A DNA stretch of 62,212 nt, the filler included, from Chiloscyllium plagiosum (Eukaryota), in assembly GCF_004010195.1 (NCBI RefSeq). It is 3 parts of one record of this genome, joined end to end, with 100 filler letters (N's around TTAATTAATTAA, not from the genome) between each part and the next. Parts side by side here need not be neighbours in the genome. Positions count along the whole stretch, not along the records: positions 24,923 to 52,523 come from NC_057712.1; positions 52,624 to 62,212 come from NC_057712.1; 1 more part is not named here. One strand, given 5' to 3'. The translations under genes and the position numbers were made by a program. The notes under the pieces are model-generated. The model was not told the origin of the DNA and searched no databases. It worked only from the letters and a program-made list of their open reading frames with translations. Every line of letters starts with the position of its first letter. Position 1 is the stretch's first letter. Below, piece after piece: positions 50,300 to 62,212 of this stretch.

Positions 50300-52125
50300 A
50301 ACCTTTCCTCAGAAGGCAACAAGAGTGTTCACTGCCTTGTCTGTTCTTTCTTAAACAAGGAGATCAAAATGCACGCAATACATGAGATGTGCTCTAACCA
50401 AATTCTTGTTACATTGCAGCTAACTTTTCTACTTTGATATTCTCTTACCCGTACAATAAATACCAATATTCTGTTTGTCACCCTAATCACTTGCTGTACC
50501 TGTATACTAACATTTTGTGATTTATGTACAGAGCACTCAGATCCCTCTGTGCCACAATGTTCTGCCATCTTTCATCATTTAACTGATATGCTGCCTTTCT
50601 ATTCATCATGCCAATGTGGGCAAGTTCACATTTTCCACCATCAGCCATATATTTGCCACATGCCGACATCCCTTTTACAGACTGCCTTTGTCTTCTTCAC
50701 AGCTCTCCTACCTGTCCTTGTGTTATCTGAAGGTTAGTATCTAACTACTTTGGCCATTCGTCCAAGTCATTAATGTTGGTTATAAATAGTTGAGGCCCTA
50801 GCACTAAGCTCTATGGTGCTCAACGTGCTGCATCTTGTGAAGACAAAAATGACCCATTTTGTGCCTACTCTCTTTTTTTCTGTTAACTACACAATTCGTT
50901 CACCATGCTAATGAGTTATGCCCTAACCCTGCACATTTATTTTGTGCATGAACCTGTGATGTAGCACCTTGCCTTCTGTAGATCCAACAGCACCAAATCT
51001 ACAGCTTCCCTTTATTCACATTTCTTCTCACTTGCCCAAGGAAATCGAATGAATTAGACAAAACCTGATTTCCCTGTCACACATTGAAGTTTTTTTAAAC
51101 GCCCTGCTTAAAACAGAGCCCAGAGTGTTATCAATGAATTAACTCACTTCTGGTTATCTGTTTTCAGTCTCCTTTCTTGAATAGGAAAGTTTCATTGAAT
51201 GGGTAATTTTTGTGGATATATTTAAGGCAGAAGTAAATAAAACATAAGAACTAAGAGCAGGAATAGGTAATTCTGCCCCTTGAGTCTGTAATGTAATCAT
51301 GGCTGATCTCATCTCAACTCCACTTTCCTACCCTCTCTCACGACTCCTTCCCTCCATTACTGATTAAGAATCTGTCTATCTCCTCCTTACATGCTTTCAA
51401 TGTGCCAGCATCTACTGCACTCTGGGGGAGTGAACTCCACAGATTCATGACCCTTTGAGAGAAGTGATTTCTCATCTTTGTTTTAAATCTGCTTGCCTTT
51501 ATCCTAAATCTATGGCCTTGCATTCAAAATTGCCCCACATCAGGAAACATCATCTCCATGTCAACTTTGTCAATCCCTTTTAGTATCTTATAAACCTCAG
51601 TGACATCTCCCCTCCTTATTCTAATCTCAAGAAAGTATAGATCCAACCTGCTCTTCATAAGACAAGCCCCTCATCTCTCGAATGAATCTAATGAACCTCC
51701 TCTGAACCTTCCGAAGCAACTATATCTTTCCTAAAGTGAGGGTTTCCAGAACTATACACAATACTCCCAGGTACAGTCTCATTAATGCATCAGTTCCCTA
51801 CTTTCTCATTAGCTGCTGGACCTGCAGACTAGCTTTCTAGGATTCATACACGAGGATGCCCAAATCCCTCTGCAGCAAAGCACCCTGAAATTTCTCTCTT
51901 TAGATAACAAGTTGCCTTTCTAGTCCTCTGACAAAATCAAATAACCTTGTTCTTATCCATGTTTAACCCCATCTGTTACATTTTGGCCCAATTACTGAAT
52001 CTATCCATATCCATATCCACATTTCTTATTTCTTCATTGCAAGTTATATTCCACCTAATTTAGTGTAATCTGCAAATTTGGTTGCACTACCTTCTGTCCC
52101 TGCAACCGAATCATGAACATAGATT
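50300..52125 (-). mobile_element. Two old CR1 RT/3' remnants
   Basis: GKCELAHIG, NRILVFIVR and FSQRVMNLWSSLPQSAVDA. The second tail starts near 51241. Confidence 0.75.
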
Positions 52126-52623
52126 GTATATGTTTGGGCTCAAGGATCAAATATTCAGTTTGCTTCTCACTATTATTATCTACATAACACCAGCAATAAG
52201 CATCCTTCCTCTTCATCTTAGTCTTTTTTTTATCATCCAGGGAGTTCTGGATTTGTTTGAAAAGAAAACCCCAAAAGAACCATGGATGCTGGAAATCAGA
52301 AACAAAAACAGAAATTGCTGGAAAAACTCAGCAGGTCTGGCTCATAGAGTCATAGAGATGTACAGCACGGAAACAGACCCTTCAGTCCATCCATGCTGAC
52401 CAAATATCCCAACCCAATTTAGTCCCATCTGCCAGCACCTGGCCCATATCCCTCCAAACCCTTCCTATTCATATATCCATCCAAATGCCTCTTAAATGTT
52501 GCAATTGTACCAGCCTCCACCACNNNNNNNNNNNNNNNNNNNNNNNNNNNNNNNNNNNNNNNNNNNNTTAATTAATTAANNNNNNNNNNNNNNNNNNNNN
52601 NNNNNNNNNNNNNNNNNNNNNNN

Positions 52624-52980
52624 AAAGAAGTTTTAGGGGTGACTTGATAGAGGTGTACAAGATGATTAGGGGTTGAGATAGGGTCGACAGTGAGAATTTT
52701 TTTCCACGTATGGAGTCAGCTATTACGAGGGGGCATAGCTTTAAATTAAGGGGGGGTAGGTATAGGACAGATGTTAGGGGTAGGTTCTTTACTCAGCGAG
52801 TCGTGAGTTCATGGAATGCCCTGCCAGTAGCAGTGGTGGACTCTCCCTCATTATGGGCATTTAAACGGGCATTGGATAGGCATGTGGAGGATAGTGGGCT
52901 AGTGTAGGTTAGGTGGGCTTGGATCGGCGCAACATCGAGGGCCGAAGGGCCTGTACTGCGCTGTATTCTTCTATGTTCTA
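52624..52980 (+). mobile_element. Young CR1 3' end, same subfamily as 22919-24331
   Basis: MESAITRGHSFKLRGGRYRTDVRGRFFTQRVVSSWNALP is near-identical between the copies. Confidence 0.93.
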
Positions 52981-53451
52981 AAGGCAATCACATCAGTAGT
53001 ATGGCAGCATTTTACAAGGTGACTGAAAAATAAACTTCCTGTGTGATGATTTTTTATCAGTCTAATAACTTCCTGGTGCGCTGGTTGAATTCAAGATGCA
53101 AAACTCGATTTAAATATACATGGAAGACAGTGCCATCATTGAAGGGTTCCATAGATCAGAAGAATTACAATCAGCAGAAGACCATTGGCTCATTGGGCTT
53201 GCTATACCACTTGGTAAGATTATGACTGAGCTAATGCTAGCCTCCTGCCAACTTCCTACAGTCCTTAACTCCCCTATTGATTAAAACTCTGTCAAACTCA
53301 GTTTTCAATATATTTAATGACTGTTGCTCATGAGGAAACAGAATTCCAAAGACAAACAACCCTTCAACCAAAGAATAAGTCTGAAATACCATCTTAAAGA
53401 ATTTAGATTGTAGTGCAGGCAACCCTAAGGTTGAATATCAAAAGGGCCAGG

Positions 53452-53860
53452 GAGTCATAGAGATGTACACCCTGGAAACAGGCCCATTGGTCCAATTTGT
53501 CCATGCTGGCAAGATATTCCAACCTAATTTAGTCCCATTTGCCAGGACCCGGCCCTTATCCCTCTAAACTGTTCCTATTCATATATTCATCCAGATGCCT
53601 TTTAAATGTTGTAATTGTACCAGCCTCCACCACATTCTTTGGCAGCTCATTCCATACACACACCACCCTCTGTGTGAAAACGTTGCCCCTGAGGTCCCTT
53701 TTAATTTTTTCTACTCTCACCCTAAAACTATGCCCTTTAGTTCTGGACTCCCTGACCCCAGGGAAAAGACCTTGTCTATTGACTCTATCCATGCCCCTCA
53801 TGATTTTATAAACCTCTATAAGGTCACCCCTCAGTCTCCGACACACCAGGGAAAACAGCC
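53452..53860 (-). mobile_element. CR1 3' fragment
   Basis: RRLRGDLIEVYKIMRG...WNELPKNVVEAG. Confidence 0.9.
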
Positions 53861-55898
53861 AATATTAAAAAATCCTTATAACAATCCTTACAAAAATCAA
53901 TTTAAAAGGCTTTTTTTGTGTAATTGTTTCAATTAAATAGGTTTACCGCTGTTGTGGTAACACAAGTTACCTTTAATTTGGATTCTTATTAAGAAATCTC
54001 AAAGAAAGTTGATTCTTGATACAATGTTTTTAACTTTATTAAGACACCCCGCCCACCAATGTAAGCAAGTATTAGCCTGCGATCCAACATAGCTATTACC
54101 TGATTAAAGGTATAATCTGGACAGAGTTTCAACCAACAGTGATCCACCTCTGGAAGTTCCAGGGTTCAGTCTTTTTGCAGTGTTATTCTTCAAAGTTCTG
54201 TTGCTGAGTTGTTCTGGTGTTGTATGCTTATACAGATTTCTCTCTTTCAAGTTTGTGGTGTTGATGATTCGATAGATGCTTTCAGCCCCAATGTTGGTTA
54301 TACTTTCAGAAACCTCAAGTCTACAGCTTGCCTTCTCATCAAAAATAGCTCCTTTGTTCTGTTGGCTAAGTGGCTAATTTTCAATTTAGTGGAACAGCAA
54401 CATTGTTGGTTCGATTTCCGTGCCTGCTGAGCTTACTGTGGAGGACTTGTCCTTCTCAACCTCTTCCTCTTAGGTTAGACCACCACCAGTTGTCTCTCTA
54501 ATGGGTCCGGTAGGGCAATGCTGAGTTGACCTTAATCTTTACGAGAACCATAACTTAGAGACTGGAGCTGCAACATGAATTAGCTCCTATTAGGAACAAT
54601 TCTTTCTGATAAGCAGAATTTATTCTATGGTATCAGTTAACCCTTTCAGGTACCAGCTGCCTTACAATACACCTATTAAACTGCGCTTGATAAACTGTGA
54701 CCTTTCCAAGGGTAGGATTGGTGAGGCTAAAAGTCTAGAAGTGGAAGTTTTGGGGGAAATTGTATTGGTGGGAATTGAAACTGCACATGATGCCAGGAGT
54801 GTGGAATCATTGGTACCTGTGGAGTAATGTTGGAGAATGCTGACAGCTTCACCAGCTTTAAAAAAGAAAAGCCCAATTCAATAAAAGTGCAGTCGGAAAC
54901 AGCAACATAAACAAGACAAAAATAAGTGCAAACTTACATGCGACATACAAAGAAATATTGCAATGGAATAAGTTTAAAGTCTGAAAAGCTAATAAAAAGG
55001 CAAAGGTTTATCGAGTACAGACCATTTTGCTTCACCGCCCTAAATGCTTCTTAAACAGTCTTGAAGCTGAGTCCACAAGTCAAAAGTTCAAGTTTCACTC
55101 TGATCACATATTGCAATGTTTGAGATCATATCTGCCTGTTCAGAAAATCCTATTTTGAGATGAGTGTAGTATTGTACTTATGTCTTCCTACAATCAATGC
55201 AATAAAAAAAAAACAGAAGTGTGGAGTGTCTCAGAGATATTAATTGGTGTACAGTACATAACCAAGAAAGCTAAACTTCTGTAACTCGTTGGTCTGGCCA
55301 CAGTAACATTCATGCAACACAAGTGCCAGGCAATGGCCATCTTCACAAGTGAGAATGTAATCATCTGACCCATTGACCAGAACCCTTACTGAATCAACTA
55401 AAGGTCTACCATAAAGAAACAAAAGATCAGGTGAATATTCTGCTGCAAATAATTAATCTCCTGACTCCCCAAAGCCTTTCCAGCATTGACAAGGCACAAA
55501 GTCAGGAGGGTGACAGAATTCACATGAATTGTTGGGTTGACAGCAGCTCCAGCAAAGTTTGAAATATTCAACAGTATCAGCTAGGTCAAAGCTTCCTGCT
55601 TATTCAGCAAGCAAACCACCTCCTTAAATACTTATTTTCTATATGACTGTTGCACAGTGGCCTACAGTGTATACAATCTACAAAATGCACAGTGGTAACT
55701 TACCAAGGCTTCTTCAACCACATCTCGTATACCTGCAATCTTGCCCACCCAGGAGGGCAAACATCAAATAGAGGAGCAGGGGTAGGGCATTCAGCCTTTC
55801 AAGTCTGTTGCACCATTCAGTATGTTCATGGCTGATCATCCAACTCAAGTCCCTGTCCCTGCTTTCTCCCCATATTCTTTGATTCTTTTAGCCCCAAG

Positions 55899-56192
55899 TG
55901 GGCGGCACGGTGGCACAGTGGTTAGCACTGCTGCCTCCCAGCGCCAGAGACCTGGGTTCAATTCCTGCCTCAGACGACTGACTGTGTGGAGTTTACACAT
56001 TCTCCCCGTGTCTGCGTGGGTGTGCTCCGGTTTCCTCCCACAGTCACAAAGATGTGCAGGTCAGGTGAATTGGCCATGCTAAATTGCCAGTAGTGTTAGG
56101 TAAGGGGTAGATGTATGGGTGGGTTGCGCTTCGGCGGGTCGGTGTGGACTTGTTGGGCCGAAGGGCCTGTTTCCACACTGTAAGTAATCTAA
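55899..56192 (+). mobile_element. Young HE1-type V-SINE inserted in a CR1 tail
   Basis: CpG-retaining head gggcggcacggtggcacagtggttagcactgctgcc, V-domain and tail ccacactgtaagtaatctaa. Confidence 0.93.
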
Positions 56193-56369
56193 CTATATCT
56201 ACATCTTTCCTTGAAAGTCTTCAACGTTTTGGCCTTACAGTTTCCAATGGCAGGGATTTCCACATGCTTACCACTCTCTGGGTGAAACAATTCCTCCTTT
56301 TTAACTTGCCCCTAAACTCCTCATATTCTGATTTTAGAACCTTATCCCATGCTTGTAAAAAAGTCCAAA

Positions 56370-57545
56370 GGGATGTGTTCCATGACTAACTTACGCCAGC
56401 CTGACAGTCCCCGTGGAGGGGGGTGGGGGGCAGACACCCACCCTAACAGAATGCTCTTTCTTTTTTGTGTGCGCATCTAATGGAAGTGGATTAACTAGGC
56501 CAAGAAGAAGAGATCCATCTCCATCTCTGACCCCAAGACCCTCTCTATTTCACCTACCACAGCACTCCAGTATGCTCGAAGTCTGCGGCAGGACCAGAGA
56601 CAATGAGTGAGCATCCCTGTACTCATTTTGCCCTTAGGATACATTGGAGATACTCCAGCTTTAAATTTTGAAAGGTGGTCTGGAGCCAAGTGGACCCTGT
56701 GGAGAATCTTCAATTGCAAGGCATGGGTCATGTTGCAAATCAAGATCCTCCTTGCACCTTTCCAGATATCCTCCCATACTTCAGAAGAGATCTCAATGTC
56801 CAGCTCCCCCTCCCATACCTTACAGAGCTGTTCGGATGAGTCTGAGGGGCCCTCTCCCAACAGGTGATGGACATTGCTGACAGAAAGTGTGTTCTCAGTA
56901 CTCAGCACCCTCTTCCCTGTGTTAGATCCATAAGGATCAGTTAGAACTGTGGTCTCTTTTTGTATGAAATTCCTAATTTGAAAAAAATGGAAGATGTCCC
57001 TACTGGGCATCTCATGTTTCCGAGCCAAATGGTCAAAAGACATCAGTATGTCCCCCTCGAATAAGTCACCCAAGCAAGACACACCCTAGCTGCCTATAGT
57101 TTAAACCCCTAGTCTATTATCCCCAGCTGAAAACCTGGCATACCAACTATGGGTGTCAAAAAAAATGTTTTGGCAATATTGCCCTCATTCTGTTGAATTG
57201 CCCTCAGTGTTTAGCAGTGTTAATAAGTATTGAGCTATAGCAATATTCCTTAACTGTCCTCATTTTGTCCAAGAAGAGCATGCTAGTAAGGGGGCATCTT
57301 GCCTGTGATGTTTTGATGTCTAATCATAGTGAGTGAGGGTCCCATCTGGCCCAGTCATTCATGTAAGATAGCAATGAGCTTCATTGATAGTTGGGAGGTC
57401 CACTCCTCCCAGTCTGTGGGAAGCTGCAGTTTAATCAGTTTAATAAAGGGTCGCTTGCGATACCAGATAAAGGAACTGAAACAGCTGTTCAATCTTCTAA
57501 ATGTTTGCTTAGTAAAAAAGCAGAGGACACATTCACACAGGATAC
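56370..57545 (-). mobile_element. L1-clade LINE ORF2 C-terminal remnant
   Basis: DLFEGDILMSF..FFQIRNFI..WEDIW..QLKILHR..THCLWSC (decayed CCHC), and LNSCFSSFIW. Confidence 0.85.
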
Positions 57546-57787
57546 AGTAGATGAGGGAGAATGTTGATTTTAATGAGGGCTGTCCGGCCTGAAATATTAA
57601 CTCTGATTTCTCTCCACAGGTGCTGTCAGACCTGCTGAACCTTTCCAGCAATTTCTGTTTTTGTACTGCTAATTAGGATTCATCCCAAAGGTAATTCCTT
57701 ACTGGCCAATCAGTTCACTGCTTTCCTGTGTCATTATTTAAATATTTCTCCTCCCCCGTTCATTTGTGAGCAGCTGAAAGAGTCAAA

Positions 57788-59460
57788 CTCACAGGGTCCT
57801 CTGCTGACCCTTCACCCCACAGGGTCTGACACTCACCCCTTCCCCACAGGGTGCACCGCTGACCCATCACCCCACAGGGTCTGACACTGACCCCCTCACT
57901 CCACAGGGTCCAACACTGACCCCTCACTCCACACCGCCTGACACTAACCCCTCTCCCCACAGGGTCCAGCACTGATCTCTCACCCCCAGGGTCCAACACT
58001 GAACCCTCACCCCACAGGGTCCAGCACTGACCCCTCACCCCCAGGGTCCAGCACTGACCCCTCACTCCACAGGGTCCGACACTGACCCCTCACCACACAG
58101 GGTCCAACACTGATCCCTCACCCCACAGTGTCTGACACTGACCCCTCACCCCACAGGGTCCAGCACTGACCCCTCACCCCACAGGCTCCGACACTGACCC
58201 CTCTCCCCACAGGGTCTGACAGTGACCCCTCATCCCCAGGATCTGACACTGACCCCTCTTCCCACAGGGCACAGCTCTGACCTCTCACCCCACAGGGTCT
58301 GACACAGACCCCTCACCCCAAAGGGTCTGACAGTGACCCCTCACCCCCAGGGTTTGACACTGACCTCTCACCCCACAGGGTCCTGCACTGACCCCTCATC
58401 CCACAGGGTCCGACACAGACCCCTCACCCCACAGGGTCTGACAGTGACCCCTTACCCCCAGGGTTTGACACTGACCTCTCACCCCACAGGGTCTGACATT
58501 GACCCCTCACCCCCAGGGTGCATAACTGACCCCTCACCCCATAGGGTCCAGCACTAACCAGTCTTCCCACAGGATCTGACACTGACCCCTCTTCTCACAG
58601 GGCACAGCTTTGACCCATCTCCCCACAAGGTCTGACACTGACCCCTCCCCCCACAGGATCCAGCACTGACCCCTCACCCTACAGGGTCCAGCACTGACCC
58701 CTCACCCTACAGGGTCCAGCTCTGACCCCTCACCCCACAGGGTCCGACACCGACCCCTCTCCCCACAGAGTCTGACACTGACCCCTCACCCCACAGGGTC
58801 TGACAGTGACCCCTCACCCCACAAGGTCTGACACCGACCCGTCTCCCCACAGGGTCTGACACTGACCCCTCACCCCACAGAGTCTGACAGTGACCCCTCA
58901 CCCACAGGGTCTGACACTGACCTCTCACCCCATAGGGTCCAGCACTGACCCCTCTTCCCACAGGGTCCGACACTGACCCCTCTCCCCACAGGGTCCAGCA
59001 CTGACCCCTCACCCCACAGAGTCTGACACTGACCCCTCTCCCCACAGGTCCAGCACTGACCCCTCACCCCACAGAGTCTGACACTGACCCCTCACCCCAC
59101 AGGGTCTGACACTGACCCCTCACCCACAGGGTCTGATACTGACCCCACCCCCCACAGGGTCCAGCACTGACCCCTCACCCCACAAGGTCTGACACTGACC
59201 TCTCACCCCACAGGGTCCAGCACAGACTCCTCACCCCACAGGGTCCAGCACTGACCCCTCTTCCCAACACTAACCTCTCACCCCACGGGGTCCAACACTG
59301 ACCCCTCTCCCCACAGGGTCCAGCACAGACCCCTCACCCCACAGGGTCTGACACTGACCCCTTCCCCACATGGTCCGACACTGACCCCTCTCCCTACAGT
59401 GTCTGAACTCTGACCCCTCTCCCCACAGGGCCCAGTACTGATCCCTTCCCCCCAGGGTAC
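57788..59460. repeat. Minisatellite with a 28-bp C-rich unit, about 60 copies
   Basis: Unit acagggtc(cag/tga)cactgacccctcacccc. Confidence 0.97.
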
Positions 59461-60304
59461 AGGCAGATCCCATCCTCCACAGTAAGCCATGTAAGAACTA
59501 GTCCTCACCACAACAGAAAGAAGGAGCCAGGAGATTAGCTACAGCAGTCACAGATTCTTAAAAATGCACAGCTCAGAAACGGATAGGGTAAAGGGGTTGC
59601 GTCTGGATGGGATCCTCTTCAGCAGGTTGATGTGGACTCAATGGGCCAAATGACCTGCTTCCACACTGTAGGGATATTGTGATTTTATGGTTGACCTTTG
59701 TTGACAATTTGGAGGGTATAAACAATAGAAATATCGACTACTTAATTTGATCGATAATTAGTTTTAAGTCGTGAAAATGTTTTTGTTAAAAAGGAAGAAA
59801 TATTGTTACAGCACATTCAGGAGTGTTCTCAATATGGTTCTGCTCCAATACACTTTTAGTTCTATATGAATTGAGTGGAACAAGTAGGTAATCTAAACGC
59901 AGCAGAGTATGTTTGAAATACAAAAGTAGAACATTGAAGTCAAAATTGATTATAAAAATAGGAGAGTGTAGCAAAATGAAACTGGATGTCAATAGGGAAA
60001 ATGGAAATAAAACTGGCAAATACAATGCTGGATCAGAAACAGAGATATATCTGAAATGATGTCAGATAACTGGAAACCAACCAAGTTCAAGCGAGGGAGA
60101 GAAATAGCATTCCAAAAGGAGCTCAAATCAAAATTAAAAAGAGGGTCAGTTAGCTTTGAGAATAACAAGAACCAAACCTAAATATCATCAGATATAAAAG
60201 TAATAGAGAAAGTACAAACAGGAACGCAGAAAATGATCTAGAATATGAATGCAACATAGAAACAACAAAACCTAACTTTCTCAAACAACAACTTGCATTT
60301 ATAC

Positions 60305-61509
60305 AGAGTCATAGAGATGTCCAGCATGGAAACAGGTCCTTCAATCCAACTCATCTATGCCGACCAGATATCCCAACCTAATCTAGTCCCACCTGCCAGC
60401 ACCTGGCCCATATATCTCCAAACCCTTCCTATTCATATACCCATCCAGATGCCTTTTAAATGTTGCAATTGTACCAACCTCCGCCACTTCCTCTGGCAGC
60501 TCATTCCATACACGTACCACCCTCTGTGTGAAAAGTTGCACCTTAGGTCTCTTTTATATCTTTCCCCTCTCACCCTAAACCTGTGCCCTGTAGTTCTGTA
60601 CTCCCCCACCCCAGGGAAAAGACCTTGTCTATTTATCCTATCCGTGCCCCTCATGATTTTATAAACCTCTATAAGGTCACCCCTCAGCCTCCAACACTCC
60701 AGGGAAAACAGCCCCAGGCTATTCAACCTCTCCCTATAGCTCAAACCCTCCAACCCTGGCAACATTCTTGTAAATCTTTTCTGAATCCTTTCAAGTTTCA
60801 CAACATCCTTTTGATCGGAAGAAGACCAGAATTGCACGCAATATTCCAACAGTGGCCTAACCAACATCCTACACAGTCACAACATGACCTCGAGCCAGTT
60901 CTGTATCCAATGGCTAGTTCTCCCTGTATTCCATGAGATCTAACCTTGCTAACCAGTCTCCCATGGGGAACCTTGACAAATGCCTTACTGAAGTCCATAT
61001 AGATCACGTCTATCATTCTGCCCTTATCAATCCTTTTTATTACTTTTCAAAAAACTCAATCAAGTTCATGAGACATGATTTCCCATGCACAAAGCCATGT
61101 TGACTATCTCTAATCAGTCCTTGCCTTTCCGAATACATGTACATCCTGTCCCTCAGGATTCCCTACAACAACTTGCCCACCACTGATGTCAGGCTCACTG
61201 GATTATAATTCCCTGGCTTGTCCTTACCACCCTTCTTAAATAGTACACCACGTTAGCCAACCTCCAGTCCTCTGGCACATCACCTGTGACTATCGATGAT
61301 ACAAATATCTCAGCGAGGGGCTCAGCAATCACTTCTCCAGCTTCCCACAGAGTTTGAGGATACACCTGATCAGGTCCTGGAGCTTTATCCACTTGTATGC
61401 GTTTCAAGACTACCATCACTTCTCCCTCTGTAATATGGACATTTTTCAAGATGTCACCATCTATTTCCCTACATTCTGTATCTTCCGTATCCTTTTCCAC
61501 AGTAAACAT
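60305..61509 (-). mobile_element. CR1 3' part with an internal deletion near 60893
   Basis: KAPGPDQVYP and YMDFSKAF, then a jump to LLEYCVQFWS and the tail. Confidence 0.9.
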
Positions 61510-61520
61510 TGATGTTTACT

Positions 61521-62212
61521 GTGTCTTCAGAATCCTTAAGGGGGAGGGTGTGCAGCCAGAAGTCGTGGTGCACGTTGGCACCAACAACATAGGTAGGAAG
61601 AGGGATGGGGAGGTCATTCAAGAGCTTAGGCTGGAAGCTAAAAGCTAGGACGGACAGAGTCGTCATCTCTGGGTTGTTGCCGGTGCCACGTGACAGTGAG
61701 GCATGGAATAGGGAGAGAGTGCAGTTGAACACGTGGCTGCAAGGATGGTGTAGGAGGGAGAGCTTCAGGTATTTGGACAATTGGACTGCATTCTGGGGAA
61801 GGAGGGACCTGTACAAGCAGGACGGGTTGCACCTGAACCAGAAGGGCACCAATATCCTGGGGGGTAGGTTTGCTAGCACTCGTCGGGGGGGCTTAAAACT
61901 AATTTGGCAGGCGAATGCGATCCGGACTTGTAGTCCAGCAAGTAGGCTAGCTGTTTGTCAGCATGTCCAAGAATGTAGGGAGGCTGTGAAGAAGGTAGCA
62001 CTGACAGGGAATACTTGCGGACACAGAGATGGGCTCAAGTGCGTATACTTCAACGCAAGGAGTATCAGAAATAAGGTCGGTGAACTTAAGGCGTGGATAG
62101 GTACCTGGGACTACGATGTTGTGGCCATCACGGAAACGTGGATAGAAGAGGGACACGAATGGTTGTTGGAGGTTCCTGGTTACAGATGTTTCAGTAAGAT
62201 TAGAGAGGGTGG
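61521..62212 (+). mobile_element. CR1 ORF1 esterase end and start of ORF2, running off the window
   Basis: EVVVHVGTNNIGRKR, DGLHLNQKG, then YFNARSIRNKV..VAITETW. Confidence 0.92.

Noticed and set aside
55240..55422. Cys-containing minus-strand ORF with a good acceptor
   Set aside because: It overlaps the antisense strand of the CR1-clade LINE family also seen at about 28500 and 13220.

Overview
This is eukaryotic, repeat-dominated DNA from a cartilaginous fish, most likely a shark. The inference rests on HE1-type V-SINEs, HER1/CR1 LINEs and Deu-domain SINEs. Most of the window is nested, decayed retroelements (CR1, Tx1, L1, RTE, Penelope-like elements, solo LTRs, tRNA-head SINEs), plus four minisatellites and three assembly gaps. 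The one convincing host coding feature is a CpG-rich, minus-strand first coding exon (38623-38916) encoding a signal-peptide-bearing N-terminus that I cannot name. Weaker candidates are the two last exons of a plus-strand gene near 2.1 and 4.3 kb. The most interesting signals are: (i) several minimal hammerhead-ribozyme cores in Penelope-like terminal repeats, probably dimer-dependent; (ii) minisatellites whose origin can be read from the sequence, one inside a Deu-SINE and one across an LTR/target-site junction; (iii) CR1 copies sharing truncation points, and an inverted CR1 junction with a perfect hairpin; (iv) a 703-bp non-coding insertion with a TSD; (v) a tRNA-Asp pseudogene. There is no CRISPR or prokaryotic system, and no fully new system can be claimed. 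Repeat family names come from recalled consensus features, not from database searches.
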